Source: Geosiphon pyriformis uo1 (Eukaryota; Fungi; Glomeromycota). Taken from it: a DNA stretch of 64,000 nt. The stretch spans positions 1 through 64,000 of the forward strand of contig JAAOMT010000327.1 of assembly GCA_016748015.1 (NCBI GenBank), written 5' to 3'. The translations under genes were made by a program, and so were the position numbers. Under the pieces are notes generated by a model. The model was given only the letters and a program-made list of their open reading frames with translations, was not told the DNA's origin and ran no database searches. Positions 49,543 through 61,149 of this stretch are shown in pieces. The first letter of the stretch is position 1, and every line of letters starts with the position of its first letter.

Positions 49543-52500
49543 ACAACCAAGAACTTTAAAGATTTTATCAAAAATCTTTGAATTAAATTATTGAGAAAAT
49601 ATAAAATACTGTTTAAAAATCTTATCTCAATAATAAATATTACTTTTTAAAATACTATTACTTAGAAATAACAAATGTTATAACTATTAATTAAATCAAT
49701 AATTACTTTTTTAAAAGATATATTATTGTTCTAATTTATTATAATAACCAACAAAAAAAAACAACCAAATTTATCTCTGTCAATTACTTTTTTATCAACA
49801 AATAAACAACTTCTTATTATTCCAGTCATGACATATAGAGACATTGCTAAATTAAAAAAATTCACTAGTAAAAAAAAATACATACATATAAATTACAAAA
49901 GCTAAAAAAACAATTATAATTAATAACTGAAATAAGATTAAAACAATTTAAGTTTTATCTTTTTTTTAATAAAAACTACAGACTTATAATATTCAAGTCT
50001 TAATAAAAAGCTAACTAACTTTATTATTTTTAAGCTTGTTTTTTTACAGTATTTCTGTAACTTTAATATCTTAATTCGACTATAAAATCAATTTAATATT
50101 ATAAACAAAAAACTATAAAGCAGTTTTTATTTATCTTGATTAATTTAATCAAATTTTTTATCAAATTCAGATTATTAAATGAGATTATTATACATCTGGC
50201 CAAATTCTAAATTAGTTTATTAAAAATAATATTCTTTGGTCTATTAAACTCTAATATTCTAAAAACTTATAAGATGTAGTAATACTTGTTTGTAACTTTA
50301 AACTTGTAAAACAAAAAACAAATCATATTTAAGTTGTTAACTTAATTATAAATAGAACTTTTAATATTAACACAAAACTTATCCAATTAAATAAAAAATT
50401 TACTCAAAAAATTTAGAAACATACTAATTTTTACAATACAGAAAAAATAACATACTACAAAGTACTAATAACAGCAATAATACCAATAACAACAACATTT
50501 TTAAAAACAAAATTTTTATAATTATTATTATTGTTAAAAACTTAGTTATATTGTAAAATATTATTACCAAAAAATATCAAATCAGAAATATAGAAACCAA
50601 TATTAACAATAATTAAGATGCTTAAAATTCATAAAATTTTAATATTCTTTATCTTAATATTAACAATTACAATATTTATTTCAATTATTACAGAATTATT
50701 ATTAAAAATTACACATAATATTACAGATACAACTTCAATATCAAGCCTTACAATATAGCAATTCAAAACTCTAAATTATTGATTATAATTAAAAATAACA
50801 AAGCAATAATAGAAATTAAATTCAATTTATTATAGTAATATTCTGAATTATAAATTGTAATAACTTATTATCTTAAGCAATATCAACAGAATATTTAAAT
50901 TAGACTTTATATTTTGGTTTACTAAAATACTAGATTTTGATAATACTGTACTTTTAGAAAAAAAGTTGTAATTAAAATTATTAATTTTTTCTCTTTTAAC
51001 AACAACTAGACTATTTTTAATATAAATTTTTCAGTCATAATTACCAGAAATAAAATGCTTATAGTCATATTTTTATTTAATAATAATAGTTTAAATACTT
51101 TTAATCTTTTTAATAAAGTTATTATTAACCAAAACAAATTAATTATAACAATATATACTGATATTACAGTAAAACAAATAACCATTAAATTAATCTTTAA
51201 CAATAAATTAATTAATAGCATAATTACAAAACAACTTATAGATTAAATAAATTACCAAGTTAATTAAACTTTTACTGCCAAAATTATTATAACTAATAGA
51301 AACACCAAAATACTAATTAAAAAAATCAACAACTTTTTTTTCGAAATTAATAGAATTATAATCCTTATCAAAGTTTTGATAATAAAAACAACTTAATATT
51401 AAGCTCTAATTGACAATAATTGGCTGATTAAAACTTGTGCTATTTTTGATTGAAATACACAAAAACTCCAAATTTTATTCAATAGTTAACATATTTGAGT
51501 TTTTGTCATTTATAAATATTTTAAAACAATTATTACTAACTAGTTTTTTATCAAATTTAAAGAATTTGTAATTCAGCCAATCTTAAAAACATACCAAATT
51601 TTTTAGACTGCTAATTTGGCACAAAACTATTATCACTATTTACTTGAAAAAAAAACAAAAAAAAAGTCACAAATATTAATTTTTGTTTATGTAATCCTAA
51701 ATTAAAAGAATTAATTTTATTGTTTTTTAAAATTGGTTTGTATAGATTACAAAAAAAATTATCTTCAATAAACATCTGTATAAGAAACAATAAAATATAG
51801 CTAATTATTACTAAATACATTGCTATCTGTATATATTAGAACAATTTGAAAGTTCAAAATGACAAAACAAATAAAATAACACACTATGTTTTGTTTGTGG
51901 CAAAATTTTATCAAATAAAAGACTATAGAATAACATCTTTAATAAAAAAAAACATACAACAAATTCTGCCAATATATTATTCTTATTAATAACTAAATCC
52001 AAAAAAAACATCTTTTATTATTGCTTATAATTGAGCAATTAATTGACTAGACTTATATTTTTATGATAAAAATAAAATCTGAAAAATAGTTACAGCAAAA
52101 TAAAAAAAAGTCATGATTAAAAAAATCTATATCATCAAAAATACTCTAATAACAGTTAAAAAATAGATAAGCTGTTTACTAATAACTTTAAAATATTTTA
52201 AGAATAATATTAAAAATTTGTCTTTACTTAAAAAAACAATAACAATAACTGGCTGATCTTAATACCCAATTATATAATCACTGTTTAATCTTTTATTATT
52301 TCTAATATTATAATAAATGTGATCTTTTGTTTAATTTATTTTTATAAACACTTTATTTTATCTTTAAACTTAGAAAACTTAAAGAAAAGTATGTGTTAAA
52401 TACAAAAAACATAATATTTTAAAAATCAAATATGGCTACCAAAATAGAATAATAACTTATTTATTCTAATCTTTTTAAGAAATTAAAACTAAAATAATAT

Positions 52501-52735
52501 AATAACAATAATAAAAAAATATGTTTTAAAAAAACACATATAAATAATGTTAAATTTGATTTAAAATATTTTAAACAATTTTTTATAATTATAACACCCT
52601 ATTTTTTATAAAAATAGATCTTAAATTAGCTTTAGAAATTTTTATTAATATTATAATTAAAAGTATATCTTAGTTTAGCTTTGTAAACAAAAAAATTAAT
52701 GTCAAAAAAAAAATAATTGATTTTAAATATATTGG

Positions 52736-54075
52736 TATTACCAATAAAAAAGCATGGTTTTAGAAATATTTTTAACAACAACAATTTTTTTTTCTAGTAA
52801 TATATATGATCATATATATTATTACTAATTATAGTATATACATAATTGTATAACTTATTTCAGTATTTGAAAAGAGTAAAAGAGTGTTAAACAAATTGTT
52901 AAAATGAAAAAAAAAGTTGTTATTATTATTTTATTTTTGAATAAGAATTAACTTAATATAAGTTTTTATAAAGAAAAAAAATTAAATTCACATTTAGGTA
53001 CAAGAAATAAATTGAAATCAAAAGACAAACTATTCAACCAAAGTATAACCAAAATTTTTTTAAATAGTCATTAAAATATGTAGTATTTAAAAACTTATTT
53101 TAAAAGTAAAAATATAATTAGAATATTTAATTAATTAAAACACTATTATCAAAACCAATTTTTAATAATGTGACACTTTTTATTATTTGATTAATACAAG
53201 ATCAGATAATAAAATTAACAGCTTATTTAATAAAAATAAGTTATAATATAAAATATTAATTATATGTGTTAAAAAACCAAAAGTAATAGAAAATTAGAAA
53301 AATAATAAAAAATACATACATATTTTAAATGTTAATAAGAAGCATTTAAAGTTTAAGAAAAAAAAGATATATAGAAAAGATAACTAACTGTTTACTATAA
53401 AGTTATAAAGAAGAGTTGGCTTAGTATAAAACTAATACTTCTTTTAATTTACATAAAACTGTATATATAGTTAAATTACATGAGATCTACATACTATTTT
53501 AAGACTATTTTTAAGTACATTAATTATTTATATATATTAAATTAATTAATTTACTTGTAAGTATACTTAGCATATTATTTTTTTAGAAACTAGTAATTTA
53601 AATAATCAGATTTAGATAATTAGATTTAGAACTGTAATTGTATATTATTAATACCAATTATGATTATAATCAATATAATTAAATATAAATTAATTAATTA
53701 TATTTCTTGGTATTTATTTCTGAATAGTAATTGCAGATCTAAAATATTAAACAATACAAATAAAGATATATAAGAATTTTAAAGCATAATAAAGTTTGTT
53801 GTTATTAGATTATATATATTAATTCTTCATTTTTATTAGTTTTTCTTAGTTTGTCAAAATATTTTGGTATTTAATTTAGTTAAACAATTAAATTGTACTA
53901 TATTTTTTGGTTATTATTGAACTAATTACTAATTTTTTATTTTTTATTTTTTATTTGCCAGCTGATTTTGTTGATTAAAAATATTAATATAGGTTTTTTT
54001 TACATAATTTTAATAATAATTTCTATGTATGTGTTGTAATTTTGTATTAAAAAATCGTAAAAATTTCTAGTATTA
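52736..54075. mobile_element. Probable solo LTR (about 1.34 kb) inserted in copy E dUTPase motif III
   Basis: Copy E homology stops at 52735 and resumes at 54076. Ends TATTACCA...TAGTATTA resemble decayed TGTTACCA...TGGTAACA. Flanks TTGG and CTGA are both derivable from CCGG by transitions. Confidence 0.55.
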
Positions 54076-54589
54076 CTGAAAATTTTATTATAATACTTTC
54101 AAACAATTCTGATAAGTCTTATATAATCAAATCTTAAAAAAAAATTACTTAAATCATCTTTTTATTTTTTGTAAAAATTTTTTAATTAACTTTAGCAGCA
54201 ACATAAAAAAAATTAGGTCTTATCACTTAAAAAATTCGAAAATTTGAATTTAGTAAAAGAAAAAATATATAAATTAATCATGTAAAAAATACTAGTAATA
54301 AGATAAAACTTATCTATATTAATAATACATAATAAAATAAAATAAAACATTCAAGATTAAGCTTTGTTATTTAAAACTACTTCATAAATCTGTTATATAA
54401 CAGATATTACAAATTTTTATATATTTGTCAAAGTTTGTAAAAAAAAACTCTTTCTTTCTTTCGTCCCAAATTCCTAAAAAAGAGTCATATTTTGAAAGTA
54501 GTTTTTTTGTTTTTCACTTGCTGTATCTTAAAATTTCTCTTACAAATAATCCTTTTATTGTGGACTTAGAAGCTGTTTCTGGCAGTAGT

Positions 54590-56466
54590 ATGTCGAATAA
54601 AAAAGCTCTTGTTGGTGCTTTTTCTGGTTCTGTTGGTGGTCCCTCCTCTCAAAAAAAAAGGGTTTTCCTTCGCCATATGAATCAGTCTGGTGATAGAAAC
54701 AAAGCTGTTTTGGCCAAACTTCATTCTAATAGGAGTCAATACTCGGATATGAAAAGTGATTCTGGTGACAGTGTTGCTGGTGGCATCTTGGCTGGTGGTG
54801 ATGATGGGTCTCTTCTTGGCTTGGCTGCAACAATTTCTAAGGCAAAGAGAGTTAAGAATAATTGGACTGCGGCTCCCCTCTTGGTTCATTAGATTACAAC
54901 ATAAATGATGATGATAGTAGGCCTCTCTCCCTTCCTCTTGGTATTCCTTTAGAAAAAATGTGGTTAGATCCCAAAATTGTTAAATCTCAAGTGGAAGTTG
55001 CTGTTAGGAAGTTTTTTGTATTAAATATTAATCTCTCAGCTGTGGAAGGCAAATCGGCGACTGCGAAAACTCAATTGATCAGGAAATTGTTTTCAAAAAT
55101 CAATGGTTTTGGGGAGACCACTACCCCCTCAAAATTTGAAGGAATTATCAGATCGACGTTTACTTTATCAGAGAGCTTGGAAAAGGCCGCATCATTGGCC
55201 AAGGAAAATAATATCATAGTAAACAGTGATCTTAAGAGACAAGGAATTCGCTCAGATTGGGCTGTAATAATCAAAGAAATTCCCATGGATATGCCAAAAG
55301 AAATGATCATCACCGCAGTATCCGAGTATGGTCAGATTGTGTCTATCAAAGTTTAGTTAATTGGGCTGTGGCAAAAGGCTGTGGTGGAGTTTGTCGAATC
55401 TAGCCAGGCTGATCTGTTGGCATCAAAATGGTCTTTCTTAGTTGGGAAAGATTCTGTGCATGTGGCCAAGGCTGTGCGAAATCATGAGACATGGACTTTT
55501 AGGAATCAATTCAGGGTGCTTTTGTTTACTTTGCCAGTGGAAACAACAGCTCATGATCTTGGGAATCTATTGGAAGGGGCTGGTGGGAAAACTTGTGTCA
55601 TCAATTGTTCATTGGAGACTGGCAACAGAACATGCTGTGCTGTGGTATGTTTTGAATCTGATGAAGCTATGAAATCAGCTTTTCACATGAAGCCAATCTT
55701 TGGTGAAGTAAAACTCTCATGGGCTAAGTTGGATTTAGTTCACTGTGAATGGTGTGGGAAGTTTGGTCATTCTGCCCTGAAATGTGATGTTGAGGTTGCA
55801 TCAGTTTCTCAGTCACCCAAGTCACTTAAAAAGTCTGCTAACTTGGATACTCATCTCCAGTTGGCCAAATTATATGCTAAAAAGAAGGTTCCAATCTCTT
55901 GTCCTGTCGCTTTTGGAGACAAATCCTGGGCCCAAGTGGTCTCAGTTGCTTCGGTCTCTCGTAGTTCTCTTGATGGCCCTGGTTCTGGTTTTCTGCTCTT
56001 TGGTGCTTCGAGTTCTGGTGGTATCTCTTCTTCTCTCTCTGTGGTCAATGCCCCCTTGGGTATGCGTTTGGCATGTCTGGAATGCTCTATAGAGCTTTTA
56101 TCTGATCAAATTTTGAACATTCTTTTTTGTTTTGATAATCTCAGTTTGGTGCCTTTAGCTCCTCCTTCTAATATGATTCCTCCAGTGTATACTCCTCAAC
56201 CATCTGTCTCTGGTTCTCTTATGGTGGCTAACTCTAATGTGAATTCCAACATAGTGTTAGATGTTCCTTTGACTCAACTCATTTCTTTCCCTTCTAGCAA
56301 TGATAATTTTCAATTGGGTCATAGCAGTTTCAAGGTGCTGACTTCTAAAATTGGTGTTTTAGAATTGAAGTTGGTTGCTTTCGATGCCTCTATTGGTTTG
56401 ATTTTGGCGAAGTTAGAACAGATGTGTACTGGTTCGGGTTCTCTGGTCCTCTCCTCATCTCAATGA
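54590..56466 (+). pseudogene. LINE 2 ORF1 nucleic-acid-binding protein
   Basis: RRM-like VIIKEIP...YGQIVSIKV; knuckle CEWCGKFGHSALKC; one frameshift near 54870 and a stop at 55356. Start position approximate. Confidence 0.85.
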
Positions 56467-59400
56467 CCAGTTATATTTGGAAAATTGCCATGTGCAATGT
56501 TAGGGGTATGAACAATCCTGCAAAACAGGAGAATATTATTTGTTGACATAAAGAAATGAACAATATGATTTCAATTGTTACTGAGACTAAGTTGAAAGAT
56601 GGGGTTTGCTCTTGGATTATGAACAAGTTTGTTGGCATTCAGGTTTTTACTTCTGGTTTGAGTTCTGGTCACATGGGTTCTGGGGTTGCAATCATTATGA
56701 ACAATTTCTTGGCTTGGCATGTGTATAAGGTTTTAGACATTCCTGGCCAGTTTCTTTTTGTTAAGCTTCTCTTCAAAAATAAACTGTCTGTGTCAATTTT
56801 GGGGCTATATGCTGGATCATCTTTGGCAGTATGTTTCTCTCAGGCAGATGATATCAATTCTTTGATTGCGAGAGCAGTAAATGAGTCTTTTTTCATCATC
56901 TTGGGTGGTGATTTCAATGAAGATGGTTCTCACAAAAGTGCCAGCTTAAAAAAATGCTTTGATTTGGGTTTGGTCAACTCTTTGAGTGGAAGCTTGTTTG
57001 GAAAGAATGCTACGTGGAACAATTCTCATGGAGTGGCTAAAGTTATTGATTATGTGTTTGTGTTGTCAAGTCTTGTTAACGCAATTTTGGATCGTGATGT
57101 GTCTGGTGTCGAAGAGTATTTTGACACTGATCATAAAGCTGTTTCTGTCTCTGTGGGTCTTGGTGGTTTGCTGGATGTGCAGTTGAACTCATTGTGCAAT
57201 CAAGTGAATAAAGATCATTGGAAGTACAATTTTGTGAATGCTGGTGATGCCAATTGGATTAAGTTTAAAGAGGATACTTCAGCGAATGCTGCCATGTTCT
57301 GATGAATTTTATGCTGCCAAGATATGTTTGGACCTGGACACAATGTGGAGTCACCTTCACCAAGTGGTGTGTTTGTTGGCTGAGAACGTTTTCAAAAAAA
57401 AATGGTTTAAGAGTTTTGACAGTATCTATAATAGAGTATCATCTAGATTTCACAAATTAAAACTTTTGGTGTCAAAGATTGTCAAAGCCTCTTGTCTGGT
57501 CTCTCATGAGGAATTTGTTTCTCTACTTGACACATGGAAGGGTATTGATACTGCTAATGTTTCTGTTGTGGAGTCTCTCTTTCTTTCGGGTTCTCATTTT
57601 GATGTCATTTGTTCAGCTTTGGCCAGGATAAGGAAATCTTACTGTTCATCTAAGTTGTCTGAATCAAACCGTGCTAAAGAATCTCAGATTAAATCAGCAA
57701 TTGACAAGAAAATGGAGAGTTTTGAGTTGAACAAAGGTCATACTGTATGTAGTGTTTTGGAACAACCCTTCCACAAGATAGTTTTAGATCATTTGGTGAT
57801 AGGGGATGAACTGGTGTTGGATTCTGCTCCTGTGAAGTCTAAGGTGGATGAGATTATAGAAGGCTGGACTAGAAAGCAAAGAGTGGTGTTCGACATTAAT
57901 GATGAGTGGTCTTACCAGTATTGTTCTTTAGGTTATGTTTTCGATGAAGCTTTTTCTGGTGTAATGGGTGTGATCGACTTCGACGAATTGTTTGAGGTTG
58001 TTTTCAACTTGCCGGATGGCAAAGCTGCTGGCCTTTCGGGTATCTCGAATGAACTTTGAAAACATTGCAATATTTCAGTCTTTAATATGCTCTTGGTGCT
58101 TTTAAACTCTTGTCTGTCTGAAGAATCTGTTTCTGGCTCTTGGAGAGAAGCTTGGGTTTTAATGATTCCCAAACCGTATGAATAGAAGGGTGTTCTTACA
58201 AATACTCATTCTATTGCACTGATTGAGACAGCTCGCAAGATTCTCTTCAAAATACTCTCAGACAGGATTTCTTCAGCATGCAGTACTCATAATGTCTTTC
58301 GTGGTGACAATTTTTCAGTTTTAAAAGGTATGACGACACAGTCCCCCATTTTTGCAGTTGGTTTGGTTGTTGAAAATGCCCTAGAAAAGAACCAAGAGCT
58401 TTGGCTGGTCTTGCAGGATATAAAGAAGATGTATGATTCTGTTGGCTGGGAGCATTTGGAGAAGTGTTTGGTCAGAATCAAAATGTGCGACAAGTTTATT
58501 CAGTTTTTTGGTGGCATTCACAGAGGTCGCACTAATCGAGTCATGACAGATTTTGGTTTGACAGATGGTTATCGTGTCCATGATGGTTTAGATCAAGAAG
58601 AGGTTTTTTCCTCCCTTCTGTGGCACATTTTTTATGATTCTCTTTTGTGCGAAGTCAAGCTTTAAGAGAGTGTCTGTGGGTATAGACTAGTTTTTCATTT
58701 TGTTTCCAAGAGTGGTCGTGTTAAATCGCAGGCTGGGATTTCTTCCTATTTTGCCACTGGCACCTTTGTTGATGATACAATTTGGGTTGGCAGTAGTTAG
58801 AGAGCTACTCAACACATTTTGGACGTTGCTAGTGAGTTTTTTCGAATTAATGACATCTCAATAAACAATGACAAGACAGTAGCTATTCCTATCAATTGTA
58901 AAGTTGGAAATTCCGCTCTTTTCATTAGTAGTTCACCTATCTCTGTTGCCAAAAAGGGTGAATCCCATCAGTATTTCAGCATATTTTTGTCAACTGAGGG
59001 CCTTTCCAAACCCAGTTTAGCTAAGGTGCATTCGGACATTCATTTTTTTACAAATTTGGTTCTGAAAAAAGCTATCTTAGATAAGCAGTTCTTATATTTG
59101 GTTTCAGCAGTTCTCCAACCTATAATTAACTATAGGACACAATTTAGCTTTGTTCCTATAGGCATTTGCAACAAGTAGAATGCTATAATTTGTAAGGACC
59201 TGAAGCTCAAATCTGGCCTTCTACTTGACTTTCCTAGTGATTCGATCCACCACCCCTCCTTTTATGGTTTGAGATCTTTTCTGCAGATTCAGTCTGAAGG
59301 CAAGGTTGCTTCTCTTATTAATTTTGCCAACTTTGATGGGATTGTGGGACATTTGTTCTCTCATAGGTCTTATGATCTGCAGGTTTTATGTTGGCGCCCT

Positions 59401-61149
59401 ATTCATCTGTTGAGTTCTCCTATTTGTATTTGTGTTAGCGCCTCTAATAATTTTTTGGTAGGTGTGGTTCGCGTGCTTTATAATTGCAAATTGTCATTGG
59501 GTGGATCCTTTCCCAATTTCTTTTATGCCAATAGTGGGACACTCATGTCAACTGTTTTGGGTGAATCAGTTTTCTCTAGGTGTCTGCCCTCACTTCGGTG
59601 GTATGGTGTGGCCTTTGTAGACCAACTTTGTGATCATTATGGTACTGTCTTTGATTGGTCCACATTTAAGTGATGGAAGAAACTGGACCCTCGTGGCCCT
59701 ATTCCTGAGTGGTTCAGACTTTCTGCTGTGTTTCTTGCTGGTGAGAATTCCTCTCTTGTCCGCATTCCTCTTCTTGCTAATATTGGTCCCTTGAACATTC
59801 TGGGTTCCTTTGGTTTTGTGTCTGTCTGTGATTGTCTTTCACAAGTCAATACAAGAGTGCTATCAGTCTACACTGATGGGTCATTGAGAAATTTGGGTAC
59901 GGTTGGCTGTGAAGCAGGTGCTGCAGTCTTTTTCAAGGACATTGGTGTGGGTTTGGATGTTGGTGTGTCTGGGTTGATGTTATCTACCATGGCTGAGTTA
60001 TAGGCAATTGCATTGGCTCTCGAGTGTGTTCCTGTTTTTAGTGTTGTTTATTTATTTTCGGATAGTCAGTCTGCTTTGGATGCTTGTAAATCGGAATTGG
60101 GTCTGGTGGTTCTTGATTTCCATAATTGGTGTTGGGTTGAGCGTCAGCACATTGCCAATGTCATTTACAGTAAGGGTCTAAGAGTTAACTGGCACAAAGT
60201 CAAAGGTCATTCTGGGATTTTGGAAAATGAGCATGCTGATGTGATTGCCGGTACTGTTTCTGTTTCTAACTGGTTTCTTTCTCCTTGCCTGGATGAACAC
60301 TTTTTGATGGCTGATAACAACGTTGTCTTTGGCAATTCAAGGCACTTTGTCTGTGACACTTTTTGTGTCATGTGTTATGTGTGTTGGGAGGTGGGGTCTG
60401 GTTCAAAATTTTTGCCTGTCAACTTGTGTGCTGATGTTGATTGGTCCCGTTCTTCTTTGGTGTGGCATCCTGATTTGCATATGACCACTGGTTTCACTAG
60501 TAAGGTTTCGGCTAATGCGCGCTCTTATTTTATAAAGGCTTTGCATCATCAGTTGCCTGTGGCTGTTCGAAAACGGCTTTATAATAGACTTTATCTCAGT
60601 GTATTGTGTCTATATTGTGGTAATGTAGAGGTGTCGGATCATGTTTTTTCTTGTAAGGTCAATGATTCTGCTTGGCATTGGTTGTTTGATTCTCACATGA
60701 ACTCTTGGAAAACACTTTCTGGTTCTTCTGTCTCTTCTTCAGTTTTGTTGTAGTTGTTGTCGTTTTGTGTTTCAGAGTCCTCAGTGTCTATGGCTCTCCA
60801 TAAGAGTTTTGTTTTTGATAAATGGTTTGGTGAAGCTGTTTCGGTCTTCCATAATCCCAAGGTGACATGTTTGGAGGTTGTTAATTTTGTGCGTTCTCTT
60901 GGTCTCGCTTTTAGAGATGAGATCTGGTTGGTTCAGGCCAAACACTATGCCTATATGGAAAAGTACGGACTTATTCCTTTAGATAGTTCATCTCCTATTT
61001 CGGTTTCTGGTTTGACTTCATGGCTTTCTGTTGGTGTGGTTGATTTGCTTGGTATTGATAAAGCTTTTGGTGTGCATTTTGGTTTTCGCAAGTCTTGTAT
61101 GTTTTTTTTCAGCATTGGTAATTCAGTTTCTGTCTATATAGCTGTGTAG
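56463..61149 (+). pseudogene. LINE 2 ORF2: APE endonuclease, RT, RNase H, CCHC finger
   Basis: CNVRG, ETKL, GGDFN, IDY, TDH; QDIKKMYDSV, GLDQ, FVDD; VYTDGS, TMAEL, SDSQ, KVKGHSG..ENE.AD; CLYCGNVEVSDHVFSC. Confidence 0.93.
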
